NCBI GenBank assembly: GCA_964016885.1
Contig: OZ024741.1
Location: 72,788,001 to 72,852,000, forward strand
Direction: 5' to 3'
Length of the DNA stretch: 64,000 bases
DNA from: Eledone cirrhosa
Lineage: Eukaryota
Shown here: positions 1 to 12,720 of the stretch, piece after piece
How the letters are laid out: the number at the start of each line of letters is the position of its first letter
How positions within the stretch are numbered: position 1 is the first letter of the stretch
The notes under the pieces: generated by a model
Seen by the model: the letters and a program-made list of their open reading frames with translations, nothing else
Told to the model about the DNA's origin: nothing
The model's database searches: none
Program-made: the position numbers and the translations under genes

Positions 1-3000
1 AGTTGATGTTGATAGTTTAGTTGTTGTTGTTACTTTATTTATTGTTGATAGTTTAGTTGTTGTTAATAATTTAGTTGTTGTTGTTAGTTTAGTTGTTGTT
101 ACTTTAGTTGTTGTTAATTTAGTTGTTGTTGTTACTCTAGTTGTTGTTGTTACTTTAGTTGTTGTTGATACTTTAGTTGTTGTTGTTGCTTTAGTTGTTC
201 TTGTTACTTTAGTTGTTGTTACTTTAGTTGTTGTTGATAGTTTAGTTGTTGTTGTTACTTTAGTTGCTGTTGTTACTTTAGTTGTTGTTACTTTAGTTGT
301 TATTACTTTAGTTGTTGTTGTTGCTTTAGTTGTTGTTGTTACTTTAGTTGTTGTTGTTACTTTAGTTGTTTTTATTACTTTAGTTGTTGTTTATAGTTTA
401 GTTGTTGTTGTTACTTTACTTGTTGTTAATTTAGTTGTTGTTGTTACTCTAGTTGTTGTTGTTACTTTAGTTGTTGTTGATAGTTTAGTTGTTGTTGTTA
501 CTTTAGTTGTTGTTAATTTAGTTGTTGTTGTTACTCTAGTTGTTGTTGTTACTTTAGTTGTTGTTGTTACTTTAGTTGTTGTTGTTGCTTTAGTTGTTGT
601 TGTTAGTTTAGTTGTTGTTAATTTAGTTGTTGTTGATAGTTTAGTTTTTGTTACTTTAGTTGTTGTTGTTGCCTTAGTTGTTGTTGTTGCTTTAGTTGTT
701 GTTGATAACTAGTTGTTGTTGATAACTAGTTGTTGTTGTTGCTTTAGTTGTTGTTGTTACTTTAAGTTGATTTAGTTGCTTTAGTTGTTGTTAGTTTAGT
801 TGTTGTTGTTACTTTAGTTGTTGTTGTTGCTTTAGTTGTTGTTGTTACTTTAGTTGTTGTTGTTACTTTAGTTGTTGCTACTTTAGTTGTTATTACTTTA
901 GTTGTTGTTGTTGCTTTAGTTGTTTTTGTTGCTTTAGTTGTTGTTGTTACCTTAGTTGTTGTTTATAGTTTAGTTGTGGTCGTTACTTTAGTTGTTGTTG
1001 TTACTTTAGTTCTTGCCACTTTAGTTGTTGTTACTTTAGTTGTTGTTGTTGCCTTAGCTGTTGTTGTTACTTCAGTTGTTGTTGTTACCTTAGTTGTTGT
1101 TTATAGTTTAGTTGTTGTCGTTACTTTAGTTGTTGTTGTTAGTTTATTTCTTGCTACTTTAGTTGTTGTTACTTTAGTTGTTGTTGTTGTCTTAGCTGTT
1201 GTTGTTACTTTAGTTGTTGATGTTACTTTATTTGTTGTTGATAGTTTAGTTGTTGTTGATAATTTAGTTGTTGTTGTTACTTTACTTGTTGTTACTTTAG
1301 TTGTTGTTAATTCAGTTGTTGTTACTCTAGTTGTTGTTGTTACTTTAGTTGTTGTTGATACTTTAGTTGTTGTTGTTGCTTTAGTTGTTGTTGTTACTTT
1401 ATTTGTTGTTACTTTAGTTGATATTACTTTAGTTGTTGTTGTTGCTTTAGTTGTTGTTGTTACTTTAGTTGTTGTTGTTACTTTAGTTGTTGTTGATAAT
1501 TTAGTTGTTGTTGTTACTTTTTTTGTTGTTGTTACTTTAGTTGTTTTTTACAGTTTAGTTGTTGTTGTTACTTTAGTTGTTGTTAATTTAGTTGTTGTTG
1601 TTACTCTAGTTGTTGTTGTTACTTTAGTTGTTGATAGGTTAGTTGTTGTTGTTACTTTAGTTGTTGTTACTTTAGCTGTTGTTAATTTAGTTGTTGTTGT
1701 TACTCTAGTTGTTGTTGTTACTTTACTTGTTGTTGATAGTTTAGTTGTTGTTGTTGCGTTAGTTATTGTTGATAGTTTAGTTGTTGTTGTTACTTTAGTT
1801 GTTGTTGTTGCTTTAGTTGTTGTTGATAGTTTAGTTGTTGTTACTTTAGTTGTTGTTAGTTTAGTTGTTGTTAATTTAGTTGTTGTTGATAGTTTAGTTG
1901 TTGTTACTTTAGTTGTTGTTGATACTTTAGTTGTTGTTGTTGCTTTAGTTGTTGTTGTTACTTTAGTTGTTGTTGATAGTTTAGTTGTTGTTGTTACTTT
2001 AGTTGTTGTTGTTACTTTAGTTGTTGCTACTTTAGTTGTTATTACTTTAGTTGTTGTTTATAGTTTAGTTGTTGTCGTTACTTTAGTTGTTGTTGTTACT
2101 TTAGTTCTTGCTACTTTAGTTGTTGTTACTTTAGTTTTTGTTGTTACTTTAGTTGATGTTGATAGTTTAGTTGTTGTTGTTACTTTATTTATTGTTGATA
2201 GTTTAGTTGTTGTTAATAATTTAGTTGTTATTGTTAGTTTAGTTGTTGTTACTTTAGTTGTTGTTAATTTAGTTGTTGTTGTTACTCTAGTTGTTGTTGT
2301 TACTTTAGTTGTTGTTGATACTTTAGTTGTTGTTGTTGCTTTAGTTGTTCTTGTTACTTTAGTTGTTGTTGATAGTTTAGTTGTTGTTGTTACTTTAGTT
2401 GCTGTTGTTACTTTAGTTGTTGTTACTTTAGTTGTTATTACTTTAGTTGTTGTTGTTGCTTTAGTTGTTGTTGTTACTTTAGTTGTTGTTGTTACTTTAG
2501 TTGTTTTTATTACTTTAGTTGTTGTTTATAGTTTAGTTGTTGTTGTTACTTTAGTTGTTGTTAATTTAGTTGTTGTTGTTACTCTAGTCGTTGTTGTTAC
2601 TTTAGTTGTTGTTGATAGTTTAGTTGTTGTTGTTACTTTAGTTGTTGTTAATTTAGTTGTTGTTGTTACTCTAGTTGTTGTTGTTACTTTAGTTGTTGTT
2701 GTTACTTTAGTTGTTGTTGTTGCTTTAGTTGTTGTTGTTAGTTTAGTTGTTGTTAATTTAGTTGTTGTTGATAGTTTAGTTTTTGTTACTTTAGTTGTTG
2801 TTGTTGCCTTAGTTGTTGTTGTTGCTTTAGTTGTTGTTGATAACTAGTTGTTGTTGTTGCTTTAGTTGTTGTTGTTACTCTAAGTTGATTTAGTTGCTTT
2901 AGTTGTTGTTAGTTTAGTTGTTGTTGTTACTTTAGTTGTTGTTGTTGCTTTAGTTGTTGTTGTTACTTCAGTTGTTGTTTTTACTTTAGTTGTCGTTGAT

Positions 3001-6000
3001 AATTTAGTTGTTGTTGCTTTAGTTGTTGTTACTTTAGTTGTAGTTGTTAGTTTAGTTGTTGTTGTTACTTTAGTTGTTGTTGTTACTTTAGTTGTTGTAG
3101 ATAGTTTAGTTGTTGTTGCTTTAGTTGTTGTTGATAGTTTAGTTGTTGTTGTTACTTTAGTTGTTGTTGTTGCTTAAGTTGTTGTTACTTTAGTTGTTGT
3201 TGTTACTTTAGATGTTCTTGTTGCTTTAGTTGTTGTTGATAGTTTAGTTGTTGTTGTTGCTTTAGTTGTTGTTACTTTAGTTGTTGTTGCTTTAGTTGTA
3301 TTTGATAGTTTAGTTGTTGTTGTTACTTTAGTTGTTGTTACTTTAGTTGTTGTTATTTAGTTGTTGTTGTTACTTAGTTGTTGTTGTTGCTTTGGTTGTT
3401 GTTACTTTAGACGTTGTTACTTTAGTTGTTGTTGATAGTTTGGTTGTTGTTGTTACTTTAGTTGTTGTTACTTTAGTTGTTGTTGTTAATTTAGTAGTTG
3501 TTGATCGTTTAGTTGTTTTTGTTACTTTAGTTGTTGTTGATAGTTTAGTTGTTGTTGATAGTTTAGTTGTTGTTGTTACTTTTGTTGTTGTTGTTACTCT
3601 AGTTGTTTTTTACAGTTTAGTTGCTGTTGTTACTTTAGTTGTTGTTAATTTAGTTGTTGTTGTTACTCTAGTTGTTGTTGTTACTTTAGTTGTTGATAGG
3701 TTAGTTGTTGTTGTTACTTTAGTTGTTGTTAATTTAGCTGTTGTTAATTTAGTTGTTGTTGTTACTCTAGTTGTTGTTGTTACTTTAGTTGTTGTTGATA
3801 GTTTAGTTGTTGTTGTTGCGTTAGTTATTGTTGATAGTTTAGTTGTTGTTGTTACTTTAGTTGTTGTTGTTGCTTTAGTTGTTGTTGATAGTTTAGTTGT
3901 TGTTACTTTAGTTGTTGTTGTTAGTTTAGTTGTTGTTAATTTAGTTGTTGTTGATAGTTTAGTTGTTGTTACTTTAGTTGTTGTTGATACTTTAGTTGTT
4001 GTTGCTTTAGTTGTTGTTGTTACTTTAGTTGTTGTTGATAGTTTAGTTGTTGTTGTTACTTTAGTTGTTGTTGTTACTTTAGTTGTTGCTACTTTAGTTG
4101 TTATTACTTTAGTTGTTGTTTATAGTTTAGTTGTTGTTGTTACTTTAGTTGTTGTTGTTACTTTAGTTCTTGCTACTTTAGTTGTTGTTACTTTAGTTGT
4201 TGTTGTTGCCTTAGCTGTTGTTGTTACTTTAGTTGTTATTGTTACTTTAGTTGATGTTGATAGTTTAGTTGTTGTTGTTACTTTATTTATTGTTGATAGT
4301 TTAGTTGTTGTTGATAATTTATTTGTTGTTGTTAGTTTAGTTGTTGTTACTTTAGTTGTTGTTAATTTAGTTGTTGTTGTTATTCTAGTTGTTGTTGTTA
4401 CTTTAGTTGTTGTTGATAGTTTAGTTGTTGTTGTTACTTTCGTTGTGGTTGTTACTTTAGTTGTTGTTGATACTTTAGTTGTTGTTGTTTCTTTAGTTGT
4501 TATTGTTACTTTAGTTGTTGTTACTTTAGTTGTTGTTGATAGTTTAGTTGTTGTTGTTGCTTTAGTTGTTCTTGTTACTTTAGTTGTTATTACATTAGTT
4601 GTTATTTTTACTCTAGTTGTTGTTGTTACTTTAGTTGTTGTTACTTTAGTTGTTGTTGATACTTTAGTTGTTGTTGCTTTAGTTGTTGTTGTTACTTTAG
4701 TTGTTGTTACTTTAGTTGTTGTTGATAGTTTAGTTGTTGTTGTTGCTTTAGTTGTTCTTGTTACTTTAGTTGTTATTAAATTAGTTGTTATTTTTACTCT
4801 AGTTGTTGTTACTTTAGTTGTTGTTGTTACTTTAGTTGTTGTCGTTACTTTAGTTGTTGTTACTTTAGTTGTTATTACTTTAGTTGTTGTTGATGCTTTA
4901 GTTGTTGTTGTTACTTTAGTTGTTGTTGTTACTTTAGTTGTTGTTTATAGTTTAGTTGTTGCTACTTTAGTTGTTGTTACTTTAGTTGTTGTTGTTACTT
5001 TATTTGTTGTTTATAGTTTAGTTGTTGTTGTTACTTTAGTTGTTGTTAATTTAGTTGTTGTTGTTACTCTAGTTGTTGTTGTTACTTTAGTTGTTGTTAA
5101 TTTAGTTGTTGTTGTTACTCTAGTTGTTGTTGTTACTTTATTTGTTGTTGATAGTTTAGTTTTTGTTGTTACTTTAGTTGTTGTTACTTTAGCTGTTGTT
5201 AATTTAGTTGTTGTTGTTACTCTAGTTGTTGTTGTTACTTTAGTTGTTGTTGTTACTCTAGTTGTTGTTGTTGTTACTTTAGTTGTTGATAGTTTAGTTG
5301 TTGTTGTTGCGTTAGTTGTTGTTGATAGTTTAGTTGTTGTTGTTACGTTAGTTGTTGTTGTTGCTTTAGTTGTTGTTGTTAGTTTAGTTGTTGTTAATTT
5401 AGTTGTTGTTGATAGTTTAGTTGTTGTTACTTTAGTTGTTGTTGTTACGTTAGTTGTTGTTGATAATTAGTTGTTGGTGTTGCTTTAGTTGTTGTTGATA
5501 GTTAGTTGTTGTTGTTGCTTTAGTTGTTGTTGTTACTTTAAGTTGATTTAGTTGCTTTAGTTGTTGTTAGTTTAGTTGTTATTGTTACTTTAGTTGTTGT
5601 TGTTGCTTTAGTTATAGTTGTTACTTTGGTTGTTGTTGTTAATTTAGTTGATGTTGATATTTTAGTTGTTGTTGCTTTAGTTGTTGTTACTTTAGTTGCT
5701 GTTGTTACTTTAGTTGGTGTTGATAGTTTAGTTGTTGTTGTTACTTCAGTTGTTGTTTTTACTTGAGTTGTTGTTGATAATTTAGTTGTTGTTGCTTTAG
5801 TTGTTGTTACTTTAGTTGTAGTTGTTAGTTTAGTTGTTGTTGTTACTTTAGTTGTTGTTGTCACTTTAGTTGTTGTTGTTACTTTAGTTGTTCTTGTTAC
5901 TTTAGTTGTTGTAGATAGTTTAGTTGTTGTTGCTTTAGTTGTTGTTGATAGTTTAATTGTTGTTGTTACTTTAATTGTAGTTACTTCAGTTGTTGTTACT

Positions 6001-7890
6001 TTAGTTGTTGTTGTTGCTTTAGTTGTTGTTACTTTAGTTGTTATTGTTAGTTTAGTTGTTCTCGTTGCTTTAGTTGTTGTTGATATTTTAATTGTTGTTG
6101 TTACTTTAGTTGTAGTTACTTCAGTTGTTGTTACTTTAGTTGTTGTTGTTGCTATAGTTGTTGTTACTTTAGTTGTTGTTGCTTTAGTTGTATTTGATAG
6201 TTTAGTTGTTGTTGTTACTTTAGTTGTTGTTACTTTAGTTGTTGTTACTTTAGTTGTTGTTATTTAGTTGTTGTTGTTACTTAGCTGTTGTTGTTGCTTT
6301 GGTTGTTGTTACTTTAGTTGTTGTTACTTTAGTTGGTGTTACTTTAGTTGTTGTTGATAGTTTAGTCGTTGTTGTCACTTTAGTTGTTGTTGATAGTTTG
6401 GTTGTTGTTGTTACTTTAGTTGTTGTTACTTTAGTTGTTGTTGTTAATTTAGTAGTAGTTGATCGTTTAGTTGTTTTTGTTACTTTAGTTGTTGTTGATA
6501 GTTTAGTTGTTGTTGATAGTTTAGTTGTTGTTGTTACTTTAGTTGCTGTTGTTACTTTAGTTGTTGTTGTTACTTTAGTTGTTGTTACTTTAGTTGTTGT
6601 TACTTTAGTTGTTGTTGCTACTTTATTTGTAGATAGTTTAGTTATTGTTGATAGTTTAGTTGCTGTTGTTACTTTAGTTGTTGTTGTTACTTTAGTTGTT
6701 GTTGATAGTTTAGTTGTTGTTGTTACTTTAGTTGTCGTTGTTACTTTAGTTGTTGTGGATAGTTTAGTTTTTGTCGTTACTTTAGATGTTGTTGATAGTT
6801 TAGTTGTTGTCGTTACTTTAGTTCTTGTTGTTACTTTAGTTGTTGCTACTTTAGTTGTTGTTACTTTAGTTGTTGTTGTTGCTTTAGTTGTTGTTGTTAC
6901 TTTAGTTGTTGTTATTACTTTAGTTGTTGTTGATAGTTTAGTTGTTGTTGTTACTTTTGTTGTTGTTGTTGTTATTTTAGTTGTTGTTGATAGTTTAGTT
7001 GTTGTTACTTGAGTTGTTGTTGATACTTTAGTTGTTGTTGTTGCTTTAGTTGTTGTTGTTACTTTAGTTGTTGTTGATAGTTTAGTTGATGTTGTTACTT
7101 TAGTTGTTGTTGTTACTTTAGTTGTTGTTGATAATTTAGTTGTTGTTGTTACTTTAGTTGTTGTTGTTACTTTAGTTGTTTTTTATAGTTTAGTTGTTGT
7201 TACTTTAGTTGTTGTTAATTTAGTTGTTGTTGTTACTCTATTTGTTGTTGTTACTTTAGTTGTTGATCGTTTCGTTGTTGTTGTTACTTTAGTTGTTGTT
7301 ACTTTATCTGTTGTTAAGTTAGTCGTTGTTGTTACTCTAGTTGTTGTTGTTACTTTAGTTGTTGTTGATAGTTTAGTTGTTGTTGCGTTTGTTATTGTTG
7401 ATAGTTTAGTTGTTGTTGTTACTTTAGTTGTTGTTGTTGCTTTAGTTGTTGTTGATAGATTAGTTGTTGTTACTTTAGTTGTTGTTGTTAGTTTAGTTGT
7501 TGTTAATTTAGTTGTTGTTGATAGTTTAGTTGTTGTTACTTTAGTTGTTGTTGTTACCTTAGTTGTTGTTGATAATTAGTTGTTGTTGTTGCTTTAGTTT
7601 TTGTTGATAGTTAGTTGTTGTTGTTGCTTTAGTTGTTGTTGTTACTTTAACTTGATTTAGTTGGTTCAGTTGTTGTTAGTTTTGTTGTTATTGTTACTTT
7701 AGTTGTTGTTGTTGCTTTAGTTGTTGTTGCTCTAGTTGTTGTTGCTTTAGTTATTGTTACTTTACTTGTTGTTGTTGCTTTACTTGTTGTTACTTTAGTT
7801 GTTGTTGTTCCTTTAGTTGTTGTTGCTTTAGTTGTTGTTACTTTAACTGTTTTTGATTTAGTTGCTTTAACCTTTGTTGTTTTTGTGGAA
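1..7890. repeat. Degenerate (GTT)2-4 + ACTTTA/GCTTTA/GATAGTTTA satellite with ~2.1-2.7 kb higher-order structure
   Basis: Continuous 12-21 bp units built on GTT triplets. Rare variant (t/c)taa(g/c)ttgatttag recurs at ~761, 2879, 5537 and 7646; gttgatgttgatagt...ttatttattgttgatag recurs at ~2, 2152 and 4250. Confidence 0.9.
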
Positions 7891-7989
7891 TTATTTGATA
7901 CTTTAAAATATTTACATTATTAGTTTCTTTACATTCTTAGTCTCTGTTATAAATTTTATTTCACAAAATCAAAACAATACAAAAAACCC

Positions 7990-8058
7990 ACACTGTACGG
8001 TCGTTTGCTGTCTTTAATGTTTTCTTAATGTGAGCCCTGTGTGGCTAGTAAATAAATC
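7990..8058 (+). mobile_element. 3'-terminal remnant of the Tx1-like family seen at 22-54 kb
   Basis: gagccctgtgtggctagtaaataaatc followed by degenerate ATT matches the array termini (ccttgtggYtaataaa..gaaatc-ATTn). Confidence 0.5.
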
Positions 8059-8077
8059 ATTCTTCTTATTATGATTA

Positions 8078-8381
8078 TGGCTATTCGGTAAAGCGTCAAA
8101 CATCATGTTTCGTGACATAGAGTTATATCCCTTTACATTCCGAGTACAAATCCCGTCGAGCTTAGCTTTGCCTTTCATTCTTACAAGTTCGATAAAATAA
8201 ATTACCAGTAAGGCAATGGTGTCGACATAATCGACTTTCCTTTTCTGCCAAAATTGTTGGCCTTGTGCCTAAATCAGAAACCATTATAAAGTACCAGTAA
8301 TATACTGGAGTCGATTTAATCCACTTTCCCCATTATCCTCAAATTGCTTGCCTTGTATCTAAAGTAGAAACAATTATTATT
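8078..8381 (+). mobile_element. tRNA-derived SINE, decayed, with duplicated 3' part
   Basis: Shares ctttgcctttcat, gataaaataaa.taccagta and ggccttgtgcctaaa...gaaac-ATT with the SINE at 53851. The 3' module occurs twice (~8195-8285 and ~8288-8381). Confidence 0.7.
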
Positions 8382-8699
8382 AAAGATACCACCATTATCA
8401 TTATTAGTAGTAGTTGTAGTGGTAGCAGGTAAAGATGTCAATGGGTGCAGCGATGAATATAAAACGTTGTGTAATGAAAAATAATGCTTATTAGGTTCTC
8501 TCTCAGTGGAGAAGCGTTGATTGATTGAGTAACGAGCTGTAGCAAATAAAAGAGACTGCAGTTAACAATCTGTTCTATATTTGAATGGGTTTGATAAGGT
8601 AAATTAATGGAGATCTTTTGAAGATATCATTTAATCACACACAAACTGAAATTAACCAATTGCCTACGTACTTAAAAATATATATAAATCAATAATGGA

Positions 8700-8897
8700 A
8701 CATATACGCATACACACACATATATAAATACAAACACAGACACTCACACACATCTATACATACATACATACATACATACATACATACATACATACATACA
8801 TACATACATACATACATACTTACATACATACACACACACACACATATATATATAGTTCTCTCTTTCTCTCTCTTTGTATATATACATACATACATAC

Positions 8898-8935
<38 letters not shown>

Positions 8936-8991
8936 CTCTCTCTCTCTCTCTTTATATATATATATATAATATATATATATGTGTGTATATA

Positions 8992-9045
<54 letters not shown>

Positions 9046-9174
9046 AAAAAAAAATATATATTTATTTGGTTCCTTTACCGGTTTCGCAGCTCTTCTGCTT
9101 TTCAAAAGTAGAGTCGAGATGGAGGGTCTGTGGTTTTTCTCACATCTGTGTGTATGTATATATATATATATATA

Positions 9175-9272
<98 letters not shown>

Positions 9273-9846
9273 TCTTTATATATATATATATATATATACA
9301 GTTCTCTTTATATATATATATATAGTTCTCTCTTTCTCTCTCTTTATATATATATATGTTATATATATATATGTATATATGTGTACATGTGTAGAATTTA
9401 GCAATTTAGATAATTAGATTGACTGAAAGACAAATATTACATATAATCAGGTGGGACACACATATGTAAAATAGATGAGCTTCACATAACGAGAAAAATT
9501 TCTTAAACTGTTTTCAAATCTGAGAAAATTAGTGACTGTTTAATTTGAAATACACATTCACACACGTACACACGCACACACGCAAACACACACCCACACA
9601 CCCACACACACACACACACACACACACTTACATATACACACACGCACATTTATACATACACACACACACACACACACACACACTAACAAACAAGAACAAA
9701 GCAACAAAATAAATTAATAACATTTGTAAAAGAGATGACTAGAGCAAATGTAACCACACACACACACATACAGAAACACACACACACACACAAACATGCA
9801 AACACCTGCACATTAATACACACAGACACACCCACATCGTTCTTTA

Positions 9847-9890
<44 letters not shown>
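8700..9890. repeat. (TACA)n/(TA)n/(TC)n/(CA)n microsatellite field
   Basis: Directly visible; source of spurious YIYI/CMYV ORFs. Confidence 0.9.
9045..9145 (-). mobile_element. Single-arm copy of the palindrome A sequence (Penelope pLTR-like remnant) with minimal hammerhead at 9072-9109
   Basis: Near-identical to 9996-10098 and ends at the palindrome centre (tctcacat). Minus strand reads ctt-UUGAAAA-gcag aagag cugc-GAAA-ccgg-UA-aag. Confidence 0.65.
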
Positions 9891-9893
<3 letters not shown>

Positions 9894-9952
9894 GTGAGGT
9901 TTTTTTTACAAAATGTAAAATAACCGAGGTGCCCTTCACGAGTGAAAGTATA

Positions 9953-10633
<681 letters not shown>

Positions 10634-10651
10634 CTCTTGTTTTTGTGTGTG

Positions 10652-10691
<40 letters not shown>

Positions 10692-10693
<2 letters not shown>

Positions 10694-12699
10694 AGTGGGG
10701 AACCTTCAAACCTAAATAAATAATGATCCTGAAATGTTTAGCACTTCCAGATGTAATAATGAACAGCGGCATGGGACTGACTTGATCTACTCACCATTCG
10801 CATTTTGGCTACACTGCGCTTTGTCTACCGCCCAGCTGGTCCAATGCTACTTCCTTGTCGGGAATATTCAGACTTCGACAAAATTCTACGGATTATACCA
10901 TAAACTGTATTGTACTGTATTGACTGAATTCTCTACCCTATACTTCAGGGCCTTTGTAATTCACACTGAATTCTGAGACTCGAACACACACTGATTCCAT
11001 CTCTTCCATCCTCTATATCTATATGCATTATCTAACTGCAACTTGATCTATATTGTATTTCCCCTGTGTTTTGATTTCTCCGATATGTTCTTATATACTT
11101 CCGTTTTACTCCACCACCACCCTAGCTATGACGACGTTTTATTTATTTATTTATTTATTTATGTATATATCTCTACCTTTTTACTCTATTAATGTGTTTT
11201 TATCTTCGTATTCTGCTTATATTTATCTATGTATTTTTTGTTTTTTTGCTTACTGTTCCTTTTATTTAGGTTTTTACTCGCTCGCTTTACTCTCATTAAA
11301 TACTTATCATTGTACTCATTAGCACACGACACTAGAATATCTCCCTCTGAGAACCACAATACTTATAACCCGGACCATCTGGGGACCTAGATATAGTCTA
11401 TTTGCGCTGTTCATCGGGTTTTATAATTGATTACACGCGATGATCCGACTGGTGTGGTGGTTTTCCTGGCTGCGCATCCGGCGCCCTGGTGCATAAGCCT
11501 CCCTTGAGTGCTTGGAAAAATAAATTTCCCCTTCTTTCGGTAAATGAAATTACTCGGAGCGGATTGCTTCGCCCCGGGGCCCGCGCTGCCACCGTCTTTG
11601 ACCGCCATATAGTACCTTTAAATTCTAGGCCTAATCATAACTATTAGCTGTATCATGCCTCCCTCTACTGGCACTTAAACAAATCCCCCTCCTGTGTAAA
11701 TAAATAGTACTCGTTTGGTATAACGATGGCCTAACGACGATGGCTGACTTCCCATTAGCACACCCGAAGCCTAGAACAGTTACATTCCTCGAGTGCTCGA
11801 AAAAATTGATTTCCATATCTCTCGCTAGACGATTTCACTCGGAATGGCTGACACGTGGTTAGGATGGGCTGGCCGGAGTCTGCAGTCATCGCGTGCTGTT
11901 TGACTGCTAAACAAGGACATAATCTTTACTCTATATACCATCCTGAAAACTTAGTATAATACACTTAATATTTTTAAATAAAAGACTCTCTCTGTAAATT
12001 CTTTAACTAAATCTCGCAACTCAAACCTTACATTTTTTTAAAACTGTTTAATTTTTAATTTTATAATTTTTTTGATTTTATAATTTTAATCTTTAATTTA
12101 ATTTTTTTAAATTTCATCCTATAAATCTAAACAAAAATTTAACGTTCCAATTTTCTGTTCACGCATTATACCATGCAGACGCCCACTATATATACCTCTG
12201 TTAAGATATAGATTCTTTAGAATAACATTTTTTGCGGCAATCCCTAGCCTGATTGTAGCATGACATTAACGCTGACTTTTCTTCTTTCTTTCTGTCTTTT
12301 TCTTCTCTTTGACCGGAAGGTTAGTAGCACATTATAAGCTTTCGCCCCCTCACCAGATAGCCTTAAGTAGACCGAATAGCCAGCACTTGAGGGCGACCGG
12401 CTAAAGTGGAAGATGCTAGATGGTCGGTCGTCCTCGGGTCTATGATTTTCAGCCCCATGGATTTTATCTGTTACATTCATTTATTATATTTCGAATACCT
12501 GATGATATCACCTGATTCATACGGAACCGGTCATTGAAATGATCATAGTATAATAAACCTTTCAAGGATTTACACTAGTCCAGCCTCCTGTTATTTTATT
12601 CATAATAATTAACTCCGTATTCGCACCACCAACTACACAAACGAAGACGGGTGAACTGCACTACGTTGAGTACTTTCCACAATATTACATCAAGATTGA
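10692..12699 (+). mobile_element. Putative non-coding (non-autonomous) PLE-related element bounded by (TA)n, with hammerhead at 12495-12551
   Basis: auac-CUGAUGA-u-aucacc...ggucau-u-GAAA-u-gauc-AUA-guau. The last ~200 bp are homologous to 59180-59390 (minus). No credible ORF. Confidence 0.4.
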
Positions 12700-12720
12700 T
12701 ATATATATATATATATATAT

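Noticed and set aside
976-7012. Long Val-rich plus-strand ORFs (623, 707 and 252 aa)
   Set aside because: By-product of GTT triplet periodicity; non-ATG starts, implausible composition, and broken at recurring HOR positions.
1-7890. Telomeric repeat (TTAG-containing)
   Set aside because: No TTAGGG or TTAGG arrays; TTAGTT arises from the satellite unit junction.
1-7905. Thr/Lys-rich mucin-like exon on the minus strand (TTTKVTTTTKL)
   Set aside because: Recurrent tatagttta/tacagttta variants give in-frame TAA, and repeated 1-nt shifts break the frame. Origin from a decayed mucin exon cannot be fully excluded.
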